Shown here one piece after another: positions 1-9,983 of a stretch of DNA of 64,000 nucleotides. Every line of letters starts with the position of its first letter. Positions within the stretch are counted from its first letter, which is position 1. The translations under genes were made by a program, and so were the position numbers. The DNA is taken from the IMG/VR virus record IMGVR_UViG_3300047499_000113, positions 176,016 to 240,015 of that record; one strand, 5' to 3'. The notes below the pieces were generated by a model. That model saw only the letters and a list, made by a program, of their open reading frames with translations. It had not been told where the DNA came from and made no database searches.

Positions 1-971
1 CTGTCAAAGTTTATGTTCTCATCAAAGTCTGTTGCAGGAAACCCGTACGGACCCGATACGTCCTCGATCTCCTTGCCGGAAAGCCAGTTGCCGAGACTCT
101 GGAGAAAATCGTCCATCGTCTCTTCGTTCTTCATCACCGTGGGAAGCGCAGAATCGGAAACTTTTTCCTTTTGACTTGTGTAGGCGCCGCTGTCCTGGGT
201 GGGCGCCACATAGTCAGTGAAAAGAGCCCGCCTGCTCGACCCGGTATGACCGGGGTGCATATAATCGTAGTAGTCAGTCCGCGCCGCAGGATTATCACCA
301 TCGACAGGAAGCTCCGAGTGCTCTTCGGAAACTTTCTTGCCTTTGGGCCTGATGGCGCCAGGATCACGACCGTCGACGCCCTGCTCCTGCGGAAGCGTCG
401 TAGCTTCCGCTACGGTCTCCACTCGAGCGTCGTAGACGTCGGTCTTCGGATGGAAGTGCTGGATGTTGGCGTCCTGGTCGCCCGGAACGAGGCCCACAGC
501 AATGAAGCCGCGGTGCATGAGGGTCCCGAGACGTCCATCGTCACCGTCCGGATAGATTAGACTCCGGTCTGGATTGAAGACGTTGGCCGGCTGAGCATCT
601 CCAATGGGAGGCTCGTGCTCGCAGTCCTCGTCGCAGACGTGGTCCGGCGGCAGAACGCCATTCGGAAGAGGTCCGAGGCGCATTGTCATCTCGGACACTG
701 GTGATGTGTCGACCGACACTGGATAGCTGACAGTGCGGCTCTCCGGCTCGTTCGGATACGAGAGCCACTCCTCATCACCGGCCCCGTTGCCGGGGACCTC
801 GATCTGCGATGACTTGGTGGCGTCGTCTGGCAGCGTGCGGCCTGCAGGCTCGTGCGCCTCAGAGTTCTCCCCGTGATCCCCTTCTTCGTCTCGCTGGGAA
901 TCGTAGGTCCCGATGCCCCAAGTATCGACTTGCTTGGGGAGGGTGCTCTCTGTGGGGAGTGTAGACGGCAT
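1..971 (-). CDS. Acidic low-complexity hypothetical protein, partial (runs off the window start)
   Basis: Not in the ORF track. ATG at 971-969 overlaps the upstream TGA (TGATG). Hand translation reads MPSTLPTESTLP...TDFDENINFD to base 1 with no stop found. Confidence 0.7.
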   Translation of the reverse strand, partial: MPSTLPTESTLPKQVDTWGIGTYDSQRDEEGDHGENSEAHEPAGRTLPDDATKSSQIEVPGNGAGDEEWLSYPNEPESRTVSYPVSVDTSPVSEMTMRLGPLPNGVLPPDHVCDEDCEHEPPIGDAQPANVFNPDRSLIYPDGDDGRLGTLMHRGFIAVGLVPGDQDANIQHFHPKTDVYDARVETVAEATTLPQEQGVDGRDPGAIRPKGKKVSEEHSELPVDGDNPAARTDYYDYMHPGHTGSSRRALFTDYVAPTQDSGAYTSQKEKVSDSALPTVMKNEETMDDFLQSLGNWLSGKEIEDVSGPYGFPATDFDENINFD

Positions 972-2323
972 CAGAACTGCGTCTCCCACAGGTTCGGAAT
1001 TTCGAGCTTCGGCTTCTTGGGATTCAGGCCCGGCGGCGGGTCAGGCTGCGAATGCTCGCGCAGCCACTTGAGGTCTTCCTCGTTCATTCCAAGCGCGTAG
1101 TAATCGAGATTTTTGCTGTTGTCGGCGCCCGGGAGCCACGAGTAGGTCTGCGGGAGAGCGGCCACCTTCGTGGCTACCGAGTTCAGGTCGACGCTCTCTG
1201 CGCTCTCCGTGTACGGGTCGCCGAGTCCCGTAGTGCCATCGAGCATCGCATCGTAGCCTTCCGGGAGCTGCTTCTCGGTGTTGACGCCGCTGTCGAGTGC
1301 TTCCCCAGTGGGATCGTCCGAACCGTATTGCTCGTCGCCATTGAAGCCACCCTCACCCGGACCGATGTGCTCGATGCGGGGACCAGGCAGGCTGTCCGGA
1401 TCCACCGATGAGTCCGCGACGCGAGTCGACGCCGTACGCATCTCGTACGCGCGCATTAGATGGGCAATGGCCGAAGCGTAATTGCCCTGCTCCGGCGTCG
1501 TGGTGTGCATCACCATTTCGACGGGGCTTTGGCCCTCGTGCTGTTCGCCCGTACCGCCCGGGAGTTGCGAGCCCTGCTCGCCGGGCTCCTCGGACTTCTT
1601 CTTTTTCTCGAGGATCTTCTTGTCGCGCTTGGCCGTGTCAGCGTAGCTGGAGAGCTGCATCTGGCCGTCGCCGCTGGCGTCGTTGTCCTCGGACGAACCC
1701 TCGTCACCCCAGCCATCGTTGTCGCCGTTGTCGGTCTCGTCGCTCTCGACCTGCGGGTTCATCTCGTCGGCGTTCGGGTTCTCGACAGGCTCGTCGAAGG
1801 TTTCCTCGGGGTTCTCCTCCTGGAATTCCTCCTCGACAAAGCCGGCCGGATTCTGCTTGACCTCTTCGGTCTGGTCCAGAATCTCCTCGGCGGGCCCGGA
1901 CTCTCCGGCGCCCTGCCAATGCGGAGCGTTGATTTCGTCGTCGACAGTATCGGTGAAGGACGAAAGCACCTCCGCCGCCTGCGCGAGCGACTGGCGCATG
2001 TCCTTGATGTTCTGGATATAACCACGGCCACCGAGCAGTCCGTCCGGGCTGATCTGCGCGGACGGCATCTTGGAGAAGAGCCGGAAGGCCGCCATGGCGT
2101 AGCTCTGAGCACGCTGGCTGGCCCACAAGATCTTGGCAAGTTCTCGCAGCGCCTCGGGAGTCCACTGGAAGTCCTGAACGCGGATGTCGCGCCGGATCGG
2201 ACCGGTGTCCTTGACGAACTCGATCTTGCCGGCCGTCCTGACTTGCGGCTTGCCGCGCACTCCGGCCACACGCATGGCGTGGCGAATGAGGACACCAGCG
2301 GCGATTCGAGAAAGGCGGTCCAT
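971..2323 (-). CDS. Acidic hypothetical protein, possible virion/internal head protein
   Basis: 450 aa ORF; N-terminal RLSRIAA motif; long D/E-rich disordered C-half. Confidence 0.6.
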   Translation of the reverse strand: MDRLSRIAAGVLIRHAMRVAGVRGKPQVRTAGKIEFVKDTGPIRRDIRVQDFQWTPEALRELAKILWASQRAQSYAMAAFRLFSKMPSAQISPDGLLGGRGYIQNIKDMRQSLAQAAEVLSSFTDTVDDEINAPHWQGAGESGPAEEILDQTEEVKQNPAGFVEEEFQEENPEETFDEPVENPNADEMNPQVESDETDNGDNDGWGDEGSSEDNDASGDGQMQLSSYADTAKRDKKILEKKKKSEEPGEQGSQLPGGTGEQHEGQSPVEMVMHTTTPEQGNYASAIAHLMRAYEMRTASTRVADSSVDPDSLPGPRIEHIGPGEGGFNGDEQYGSDDPTGEALDSGVNTEKQLPEGYDAMLDGTTGLGDPYTESAESVDLNSVATKVAALPQTYSWLPGADNSKNLDYYALGMNEEDLKWLREHSQPDPPPGLNPKKPKLEIPNLWETQF

Positions 2324-2332
2324 GGAGACCTC

Positions 2333-2602
2333 TCAGCCCTTCACAGGACCGTTGTCGTCGTCGACCAGGCGCTCGATGTAGAAGCCCTTGTCGTCCTTGC
2401 CCAGGTGCCAAAAGTCCTGTTGCGACAAGTGCACCAATTGGTCTTCGGCGACGAGTTGGAAACCGGCCAGCTGACCGGCATTGGCGATGCGAATCCTGCC
2501 GACAGGCGCCGCGCTCGCCTTCCGCACCACGGGCTTCGAGGTGAAGAAGTCGTCGATTGAGCTGGAGGAGAAACGCAGGTCTTCGATCTTAGGCGCAGGC
2601 AT
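2333..2602 (-). CDS. Hypothetical protein
   Basis: 89 aa ORF tightly packed in the minus-strand operon. Confidence 0.65.
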   Translation of the reverse strand: MPAPKIEDLRFSSSSIDDFFTSKPVVRKASAAPVGRIRIANAGQLAGFQLVAEDQLVHLSQQDFWHLGKDDKGFYIERLVDDDNGPVKG

Positions 2603-2653
2603 GTCTCACCCTTTGCAAGGCATGCCAATGAACAGCCTAGGAGTGTCCGAGGG

Positions 2654-3568
2654 TCAGCTGACGACCAACTGCACCTGGACGTTGACCGGAGTAACCGTGG
2701 GGTTCGGGGACGAGATTTGAAGTATCTCGAAGTAGGTTCCCGGCACCTGAGGTATCCCCGCCGACCAGAGCGAGAGAGTGACGATAGTCGACTGGCCCCC
2801 AGCCAGGCCGCTGACGGTGGGCGGGTTGAAGGCGAGCCAGGGGCTGTTGTTCTGCACCTTGGCAACCGTCGCGTTCAGGATAGACGACGTCGGCCCGGTG
2901 TTCGTGATCGTCAGCTGCTGCGATCCGCTGTTCGCGGCCGTCAGCAGGGTCCAGGTGAGCTGGATGACGGCAGGCTGGGCCGAGATGACCGGCGGCGGAA
3001 GCACCGTGACGTTGACAGTCAGCGGAATGACCGTCGGCGTGGCGCGATTATCCTGCAGGTTGACCGTGCCGACGTAAGGCGCCTGCTGGGCGACCAGAAT
3101 CGTCGGATCCAGAATGACAGAAAACTGTCCCGTCTGGTTCTGACCAATCCCCGGGATAGTCACCGGGGAGGCCGAAAGCCAAGGCACTGTTGGGGTCGCC
3201 GTGGCAGTCATAAAAGACCCGAAGGCGCCGGCGTTGATGATATTGACCGCCCCAACGAGAGACGCCGCGTCGCCTTGCGTGACAGTGATATTGAACGATG
3301 TCTGCTGACCCGCGACGAGCGCCAGAAGAGGCGCGAGCTGCTGCTGCAGCTGCGTCATTGAACCGGCCATCTCTTGGACGACGTCGCCGGGGATCGGAAC
3401 GTCGACGCCATCCGTGTAGCGGCCAAACGGCGTCTGGATGTCGCAGACGTAGTATTGCTGCGAAGCTCCTTGAACGTTGCTGGCCGAAACAGTCCAGTAC
3501 CAAGTCCCGCCAACCGAGATCTTGCTGAACCGGAAGCCGCCCGAGGCTACGTTGGAGCCCATCGCCAA
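2654..3568 (-). CDS. BACON/Ig-like domain protein, probably structural
   Basis: Two beta-rich repeats with 'PWLS/A...P', 'LTITNTG' and 'IPLTVNV/VQVQLVV' patterns typical of BACON domains. Confidence 0.6.
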   Translation of the reverse strand: MAMGSNVASGGFRFSKISVGGTWYWTVSASNVQGASQQYYVCDIQTPFGRYTDGVDVPIPGDVVQEMAGSMTQLQQQLAPLLALVAGQQTSFNITVTQGDAASLVGAVNIINAGAFGSFMTATATPTVPWLSASPVTIPGIGQNQTGQFSVILDPTILVAQQAPYVGTVNLQDNRATPTVIPLTVNVTVLPPPVISAQPAVIQLTWTLLTAANSGSQQLTITNTGPTSSILNATVAKVQNNSPWLAFNPPTVSGLAGGQSTIVTLSLWSAGIPQVPGTYFEILQISSPNPTVTPVNVQVQLVVS

Positions 3569-3586
3569 GGAGCGACCATGGGAAGC

Positions 3587-3802
3587 CTACCAAATGTCTC
3601 GGCCGCTCATCGACGGAGCGTCGAACACCTCGGAATAGAAGCGCTCGAGGTCGTGAAGAAACCCTCGAGTGGCGCGGTTGAGAGATCGCCGGTATCGGCG
3701 GTTGGCGATCCTTTTGTCTTGGCGTTTGGAAAGGATGCTGTAGTTCACCCAGCGACGAGCCCGTTTGCAGCTGTACTGCACAGCAGGTAGGACGGTGATC
3801 AT
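3587..3802 (-). CDS. Small basic hypothetical protein
   Basis: 71 aa; AGGAGG ribosome-binding site upstream; 'DKRIANRRYRR'. Confidence 0.6.
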   Translation of the reverse strand: MITVLPAVQYSCKRARRWVNYSILSKRQDKRIANRRYRRSLNRATRGFLHDLERFYSEVFDAPSMSGRDIW

Positions 3803-3858
3803 GGTCAGAACCTCCTAAAGTCCTGACATGATCGCCTCCTTTCGCGCGTCGAAGTGCA

Positions 3859-4314
3859 TCAGCTCTCCATTACCTCAAAGACTTCTTCGTGAACTTGTCT
3901 CAAAAGAAGGCCCTTGCAGGCCCAGGTCCCGAACTTCTTCCACTTCGGCCGGTGCGTGTAGCCATGCATCCAGCGTTTCTTGGCGTTGAACGGAACCTCT
4001 ATGCTCTTGACAGTAATGCAAAGATGTTTCGGACTCACCTCAACGGTCAACTTCCCGTGCCGATGGCTCGTGCCGCGGTTCACAGCTATCAGGTCGAATG
4101 TGATTTCGACGGCACCAGGCAAGTAATTGCTGCTGAGGGTGCCTGGCTGAACTTGGAAATATCGAGAAAGATAGAACGCCCCAATCACAGACACGATGGA
4201 TGGACGAGCCCACTCGCAAGCCGCAGGCAATTCCTTTGGTAGCAGGTCCGCAGGCTGGAGCACTTGCTCCGTCATCTGCTGAGCCTCATCCACTGTGAAA
4301 AGGTGGGTCTTCAC
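3859..4314 (-). CDS. Hypothetical protein with C-terminal VMES motif
   Basis: 151 aa ending EVFEVMES-stop. Confidence 0.6.
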   Translation of the reverse strand: MKTHLFTVDEAQQMTEQVLQPADLLPKELPAACEWARPSIVSVIGAFYLSRYFQVQPGTLSSNYLPGAVEITFDLIAVNRGTSHRHGKLTVEVSPKHLCITVKSIEVPFNAKKRWMHGYTHRPKWKKFGTWACKGLLLRQVHEEVFEVMES

Positions 4315-4354
4315 GCCGCTATTCTTGGGGTCAAGTTGCCGCTATTCTTGGGGT
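4315..4354. repeat. Perfect 17-bp direct repeat GCCGCTATTCTTGGGGT x2
   Basis: Copies at 4315-4331 and 4338-4354, directly upstream of the GTG at 4314. Confidence 0.9.
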
Positions 4355-4495
4355 ATTAGGTCGCTCCCGCAGCCTGAGCCCGGGAATAGAGAGTCGTAAC
4401 GACTCTTAGCAACATCCCTTTGGATTGATGTCGTCATCGCGGCTTCACGTGCACGGTGCCTCGGGACAGTGAGATTACACCGTCGTCGGGCAGAC

Positions 4496-4687
4496 CTACG
4501 ATTCGTGGACTTGGCGGGCGACGCGAACGATGTATTCTTCCGTAGGTGGCGGGCCTGCGAGTGGTCCCATCCTCGCACCGCACCTCTTGCAGACGCGGAC
4601 GAGCGCGGCCATCGAAGGGTTGCCGGACTTGCGGCGCTCCGTTTTGGGGAGCTTCTGCCACTCGTGGCCAAAGTTACGCGCCGTCAC
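4496..4687 (-). CDS. Small HxW-CxxC protein ending VHES
   Basis: GTG at 4687 with GGGGAG 7 nt upstream; GHEW...CKRCG...VARQVHES. Confidence 0.6.
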   Translation of the reverse strand: MTARNFGHEWQKLPKTERRKSGNPSMAALVRVCKRCGARMGPLAGPPPTEEYIVRVARQVHES

Positions 4688-5576
4688 TGGGTAGCTCCCC
4701 GGCAAGCACTCGTTCGAACCGTTCCCGATTGTAGTTGATGGCAATGAAAGTGCTCGAGTCGTCTGATAGGCGACTGCCCCACTCACCCTTATCTCGGTAG
4801 AGCTGGACTCGAGCAAATTCGCAGATTCCGGGATCGATGGTGGACATGGCGGCGAGTGGGTCGTGGAACGCTTTGCCTTTCGGGTTTTTCCCAAGATATT
4901 TCGCCATCCCTTCTCGCATGAGAGCAAAGCCCGGGTTCGGATTCTCGACTCGCATCATGCGCTCGTGTGTCGCCGGATCGTAGATGACGCCGTGGCACAC
5001 GTTCTTGGAGACCAGGTGTCGCTTGAGCACAGACGGGCTCTCGAGCACGTGTTTGGCCGCCGGGACGTCGCCGTTGAGGTTGTAAGTCGCACACGTCTCT
5101 CGGCCACGGAACTTCTCGAGTCTGTACTGCTCAGGCACGACGCTATCGCCGGCGAAACCGCCTTGAATGAACATGCTCGGAATGATGACGCCGGCGCCGA
5201 GCGCCGCCGAGATGTTGCTCAAAGCCGCTCCCGTGATGACTGTCGTGTTGGGGTGACTGTGGAAGACGTCCTGCAGCACGCAGGATCCGGTCCCATCAGG
5301 AGACTTGGGAGGGATAGGCCCAAGCCAGTCGTAATGGAAGCTCGAGACGCAGTCCTTCGGATGGTTCGGGCGCGCGGAACCAATAGAGGTGTTCTTGTGA
5401 TCGAGCCGGTCGAGAACGTACCGGACAAGTCCAACCTGCGCTCTCGAACCTGGAGTGACAGTCACCGCGCGCAGAATGACCCCGGGATGCGTGCACAGCA
5501 GGCACAGAGCCATCACATCATCAGGGTCACTTGTTTCCATATCAAAAGCTATGTTCAAGCGCATCGGAAACTCCAA
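4674..5576 (-). CDS. Nucleoside hydrolase (IUNH family)
   Basis: N-terminal DMETSDPDD Asp cluster, 'TGAALSN', 'TYNLNGD', 'HDPLAA'. Confidence 0.8.
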   Translation of the reverse strand: MEFPMRLNIAFDMETSDPDDVMALCLLCTHPGVILRAVTVTPGSRAQVGLVRYVLDRLDHKNTSIGSARPNHPKDCVSSFHYDWLGPIPPKSPDGTGSCVLQDVFHSHPNTTVITGAALSNISAALGAGVIIPSMFIQGGFAGDSVVPEQYRLEKFRGRETCATYNLNGDVPAAKHVLESPSVLKRHLVSKNVCHGVIYDPATHERMMRVENPNPGFALMREGMAKYLGKNPKGKAFHDPLAAMSTIDPGICEFARVQLYRDKGEWGSRLSDDSSTFIAINYNRERFERVLAGELPSDGA

Positions 5577-5599
5577 TAGTTCGAGCGTACAATACGTGC

Positions 5600-5851
5600 A
5601 TGCCCAACTACCAGATCGAAATGCTCTGGCGCTGCGTTTGCAACGCCAAACAAGTCAACAAGGGCTTGTCCCGGCATTGCAGTAGTTGTGGGCGTCCGAA
5701 GGGCCCCGACATGGAGGAGTTCTTCCCGGATGATATAAGTATCCGGGCTGCCCTCCGGCGTGGAAATCTTGCCGTAGTCACTCGATGGGGACGATTGCAG
5801 CGTCGCCGCGGTCACGAAACTGCGGAAGTGACACTTCGTGCAGGATGTTGA
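5600..5851 (+). CDS. Small zinc-ribbon protein, possibly truncated
   Basis: MPNYQIEMLWRCVC...CSSCG; TACAAT 6 nt before the ATG; 3' end overlaps the convergent gene. Confidence 0.4.
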   Translation: MPNYQIEMLWRCVCNAKQVNKGLSRHCSSCGRPKGPDMEEFFPDDISIRAALRRGNLAVVTRWGRLQRRRGHETAEVTLRAGC

Positions 5852-6551
5852 AGTGCTTGTCCGAAATGGCGAAGAACACGGTCCAATACTTGCCGTACTT
5901 GGAGTTCTTGACCGCGTCCTCGAGTTCGTGCTCGGCCGCTTCGACTTCGTCCTGAGAACGACCCTGCTTGCGCATCATCTGCACTTGGACCTGCTTCTCG
6001 CGAGCCTCCTCGGCGATGAGGTCCTTAATGCGTTGAAGAGCGCGGAAGAAACGATGACGGACCCGGCCTTGGGTCAGGTTCATCTGCTTGGCGATCTCTG
6101 ACTGGCATGTAGTCTCGTACATGCGCCAGAGAATCTCCCTGTCCTGATCACAGAACTTGGGCCCAAGTTCCAGCTCGAACAGCTCCTCGTCCAACTCGGG
6201 AATGGTGCGGAGGAATTGAATGCGCTTGATGCCGCGGTGAAGACGATAACTCACGGCCGCCTGGGTGATGCGGAACAACTTGGCTATCTGTTCCTGCTTC
6301 ATCTTGTCGTGGTGATACAGACGGATGAGATCCGCCTCGCGCGGCGGGATCCTATCCAGGTACGGCGCCACGGCGGCGAAATCGAGTGACCGGCTCTCGG
6401 CTTTCAGCTCCTCTTCGGGCTCCGGCGCGAGTTGCGCTTCGATCAGCTCGTCGAGGTCTTGTTCGGTGTCGGCGTCGTAGCCGAGCCTATCTTTGGTGCT
6501 GTAGCGAGAAGAGAGATTACTCGGATCCTGGATCAGGATATGGGATGACAT
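5778..6551 (-). CDS. Protein with two tandem sigma70 region-4-like HTH domains
   Basis: 'IPPREADLIRLY...QEQIAKLFRITQAAVSYRLHRG' and 'DQDREILW...QSEIAKQMNLTQGRVRHRFFRA'. Confidence 0.7.
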   Translation of the reverse strand: MSSHILIQDPSNLSSRYSTKDRLGYDADTEQDLDELIEAQLAPEPEEELKAESRSLDFAAVAPYLDRIPPREADLIRLYHHDKMKQEQIAKLFRITQAAVSYRLHRGIKRIQFLRTIPELDEELFELELGPKFCDQDREILWRMYETTCQSEIAKQMNLTQGRVRHRFFRALQRIKDLIAEEAREKQVQVQMMRKQGRSQDEVEAAEHELEDAVKNSKYGKYWTVFFAISDKHFNILHEVSLPQFRDRGDAAIVPIE

Positions 6552-6721
6552 TTGGCTCCGACCGTGGCGACCCGTGAGGATCGGCAGTTTCCCGAGTATG
6601 CGTATTTGTCTGAGGACCCGTGCGGGTCAACGGAGTATACGTATTGGTCTGCGTATAACGGCGGAGCCGGTGCTTCCCGGCACGCTAATGACACACTACC
6701 AGATGAATCTTTTGTCTGGAA

Positions 6722-7759
6722 TCAGATACCTTCGAGCCAGCTCTCGAGAGGCACCTGACCATCGCCAACGGCTGCCGGCGGGCGGAAGGGACCGAAGTCC
6801 AGACCCGAGATAAGTAGGTCTTCCCGACAGATGTCGACTGCCAATTGGTAGTCCTTCTTACCGGGTTGGAGGCTCGAGGAGAGGTCCAGGTCGTCCTGGA
6901 GACCCACGAGCCTCCAGTTCATCTCTATACGGGCTCGGTGCTCGAGGGTCTTGGTCCGTTCGCCGTTGCTGAAGCTGGTCAGGCCCGAGGCGAACACATC
7001 TTCCACGGTGGGAAGATGGCACACAGTCATAGCTGTCTTCTTGCGCAGTAGCGGTACGCCGGGGATGCTGTCCGAGTTGTCGCCGCAAAGCGACTTGAAC
7101 ATCCGCACCTGGCCGCAAGGGACCTTGGGGTGTTTCCCCTTGAGGAGTCGACCCCACACCTCGGCGGACGCCGCGGCATCAACGAACCGTTGCTCCTTCG
7201 AGCCCGGACGGAACATCACCACACGCGGATCTGTCAGGAGTTGGAAGAAGTCCTTGTCGTCCGACACGACGATGCGGACGGAGTCCGGATGCTGCTTGCA
7301 GAAGCTGGCGATGAGGTCGTCGGCTTCCTCCGCATGATTGTGGTAGACGTCGCACCCGAGGAGTTGCAAGATATGTGACAGGACGGCGATGTCACTCTCG
7401 GCCTCGAAACCGTCGCGGAGCCGGAGTGGGATCTTGACCGTCTCTTCACCGAAGAGCTTGAGATCGTGCTTGGTGTCCTCGCGCTTGATCTTGTACGTGG
7501 GATCGAGCGCTCGCCGGCGCACGGGTGCCCCGTCGAAGAAGATGGATACAGACGTGAACGGCTGCATCTCATAGAGCCAAGAACACAGGAACGTAAGGAA
7601 CCCGTAGATGATGCCGGTCGGATACCCTTTCGGGCCACTCATCAGCGGCCTGCCATCTTTGAGACGGCCTTCGACGAAGACGTAAAATGCTCGCTGCAGG
7701 ACGTTATTCCCGTCCACCACGACGTGGCGTTTGGTCTCCGCTCCTCCGATGTGCCTCAC
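6722..7759 (-). CDS. 5'-3' exonuclease / flap endonuclease (PolI N-terminal type)
   Basis: VVDGNN, EADD, SDDKDFFQL and GDNSDSIPGV motifs. Confidence 0.9.
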   Translation of the reverse strand: MRHIGGAETKRHVVVDGNNVLQRAFYVFVEGRLKDGRPLMSGPKGYPTGIIYGFLTFLCSWLYEMQPFTSVSIFFDGAPVRRRALDPTYKIKREDTKHDLKLFGEETVKIPLRLRDGFEAESDIAVLSHILQLLGCDVYHNHAEEADDLIASFCKQHPDSVRIVVSDDKDFFQLLTDPRVVMFRPGSKEQRFVDAAASAEVWGRLLKGKHPKVPCGQVRMFKSLCGDNSDSIPGVPLLRKKTAMTVCHLPTVEDVFASGLTSFSNGERTKTLEHRARIEMNWRLVGLQDDLDLSSSLQPGKKDYQLAVDICREDLLISGLDFGPFRPPAAVGDGQVPLESWLEGI

Positions 7760-8367
7760 GTGTCGTCCTTCTGCAAATACGAGGCTGGAAAGTCCATGAA
7801 GATGCCGCCTCCCTTGATGGAGCGCAGGTTCACGAATACCTGGACTTTCTCACCGTCGTCGTAGATCATCGCGACGCGACCGGGGAGTCCCTTGTAGCTA
7901 CCCTTGGTGATTTTGACGCGCTGGTCTTCCTTGAACCTCGAGGCCGTAACTTTCAGGTCCTGCATGCCGTTGCGCATGTGAGACAGGTCCTTGTCGGTCA
8001 AGAGTGAATAGACTCGCTTCTTCTCACCATTGACCGAGCTGAGACTGCTCAGCACCATGTTGAAGTAGTTGGTCTCGGCGAGTTTGTGGTAACTGACGCC
8101 AGGTTCGTACTGCACGAAGACGTAGCCTTCGGAGTACCAGGTAGTCAGAGAGTCATCAATCCCCTTCTGGTTGATGGCCGGGACGAAGACGTCCAGATCG
8201 TTTCGAGCAAGGATCTGATGAGCAGATCGAATGATCAGCTGGATATTCTTCTCCCGCTCCCCAAGGGCCGTCAGCTGCACGACCACCCACTGAGAGACGG
8301 GTGGCGGAGCAGCGGGCGGAATCGATGCTTTCTTATTCTTGACCTTTGATCCTTTGGAGGAAGCCAC
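7756..8367 (-). CDS. nusG: NusG-family transcription elongation/antitermination factor
   Basis: NGN-like 'WVVVQ', 'VFVP', 'GYVFV' and KOW 'VKITKGSYKGLPGRV'; GTG at 8367 has AAGGAG 7 nt upstream. Confidence 0.8.
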   Translation of the reverse strand: MASSKGSKVKNKKASIPPAAPPPVSQWVVVQLTALGEREKNIQLIIRSAHQILARNDLDVFVPAINQKGIDDSLTTWYSEGYVFVQYEPGVSYHKLAETNYFNMVLSSLSSVNGEKKRVYSLLTDKDLSHMRNGMQDLKVTASRFKEDQRVKITKGSYKGLPGRVAMIYDDGEKVQVFVNLRSIKGGGIFMDFPASYLQKDDT

Positions 8368-9754
8368 GCGCGAACTCCTTTGGCGCCATCGGATGGAGAT
8401 CCTTATCCAACCGTACGTCCGGAGCGCTGGTCGGACCCGTGGCAATCGGGGCCCCACGGCTTCCTTTCTCGAGCTTGTCGTCCACTGAGGTGAGCTTTTC
8501 GGCCGGAGTGAAGCTCACTCCGTCGATTTCGAGTGCTTTCGGCTTGACGATACGACGTGGAGGCTCCGCCTTGACCTCCGGTTTGGGCTCGGGAGCCTTC
8601 GGAGCCGGTGCAGGCTGGGGAGGGGCCTGCTGGACGGGCGCTGCCTGCGGAGGGGCAGCCTGGGGCGCCGGCGTAGGCGGCGTTGGAGGCGTTGAGAGCC
8701 GCTTCTCCCAGTCGGCCGGCAGAGGAGTGGTAGCGGCAGGAAGATTGGGGATGGCCTCAAACAAGATGGCCTCGACGTCGGCGGCGCCGGGTTTGTCGAG
8801 CTGACCGAGGGCTTTCGCCACAGCGAGCCACGCCGGTCCACGCGTCGCGTACAGCGATGCGGGCACCATCAGGGTCGGCTTCGCCCCGACACTCGCCCGC
8901 ACGGCGCTGGTGACCACTTGGATCGTGGTGTCGCGCACCCAGGACGGTCCTTCTGTGTCGAGAAGCTCAGAAATAGCGCTCAGCGCCACCTTCGGGTCGG
9001 ACGATAGTCCTTCGAGCGCGGCGACCAGCTTCTCTGTCGCCCCGAGCCTGAAGTATGTCCTGACGTCGTCGACTGTGATAGGCCCCGCCGACGACAGCAT
9101 CTCGAGGGCAGTTAGACACGTGCGCGGGCAGTTAGACTGCGCCTGCATGATCAGCTGAAGTGCGTCGTCAGGCGCTTGAATGGACTCGGCCTCGCAGACA
9201 CGATGCAGGTGTCCAAGCAAAACGTCCACGGGCGGCGCAGAGACGGGAAACTCCGTCATCCTGTCGCGCAACGGCCCCTGGATTTTGTGAGGCTCCGTAG
9301 TGCACAGGATGACGAGCATTCGCCGATCTTCGATGCTCTTGAGGAGAGCATCTTGGGCCTGCTTCGTCAGACGCTGCGCTTCGTCTAGGATGAAAACAGA
9401 CGGCTTGCCGTTGAGATTCCCGTAGTCGAGTTCCGACACGATGGTACGCATATGCTCGACCGAGCCCTGCGTAGCGGCATCGAATTCCTCGAAACTTTCC
9501 GCGCTTTCCTGACGCACGCCGAGACATGCGTTGCATACGCCGCAGGGCTCACCGTCCTGCAAATCGTTGCAGACTACAGCGCACGCCACAATGCGCGCGA
9601 GCGAGGTTTTGCCGCAGCCCTTCGGGCCCCCGAACATCAGTGACCGCTCGCCGAGCTTTCCGCCACGACTGAGCTGATGAAGGAGCTGTACGACAGCTTT
9701 GTTCCCCAAGATATCGGCGAACTTCTTGGGTCTGTACTTGAGGTCAAGAGCCAT
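8333..9754 (-). CDS. dnaX: DNA polymerase III gamma/tau clamp-loader subunit
   Basis: 'LKYRP..F', Walker A GPKGCGKTS, Zn motif PCGVCNAC, ILDEAQRL...ALLK; Pro-rich linker. Confidence 0.92.
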   Translation of the reverse strand: MALDLKYRPKKFADILGNKAVVQLLHQLSRGGKLGERSLMFGGPKGCGKTSLARIVACAVVCNDLQDGEPCGVCNACLGVRQESAESFEEFDAATQGSVEHMRTIVSELDYGNLNGKPSVFILDEAQRLTKQAQDALLKSIEDRRMLVILCTTEPHKIQGPLRDRMTEFPVSAPPVDVLLGHLHRVCEAESIQAPDDALQLIMQAQSNCPRTCLTALEMLSSAGPITVDDVRTYFRLGATEKLVAALEGLSSDPKVALSAISELLDTEGPSWVRDTTIQVVTSAVRASVGAKPTLMVPASLYATRGPAWLAVAKALGQLDKPGAADVEAILFEAIPNLPAATTPLPADWEKRLSTPPTPPTPAPQAAPPQAAPVQQAPPQPAPAPKAPEPKPEVKAEPPRRIVKPKALEIDGVSFTPAEKLTSVDDKLEKGSRGAPIATGPTSAPDVRLDKDLHPMAPKEFARGFLQRIKGQE

Positions 9755-9775
9755 CGCGCTTATATTACAGCGCGA

Positions 9776-9982
9776 CTAGTTCAACCCGTGCGGCCTCGCA
9801 GTTTGCATCGTTATGGACTGGCGCCAATAGGCTTCCGCCTCGGCTCGCTCGTTCTCACATAAGTCAGCCCAGGCTTCTTTGAGCTGCTCGTCGATGCTGT
9901 TGACCTTCGCTTCGGCGGAAGAGGGAGACAAGCCCCGTAGTTGGTCTACGAGGTCCTTGTACCGGCGAAGAGCTTCGGACAC
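9776..9982 (-). CDS. Hypothetical protein
   Basis: 68 aa in operon. Confidence 0.5.
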   Translation of the reverse strand: MSEALRRYKDLVDQLRGLSPSSAEAKVNSIDEQLKEAWADLCENERAEAEAYWRQSITMQTARPHGLN

Positions 9983-9983
9983 T

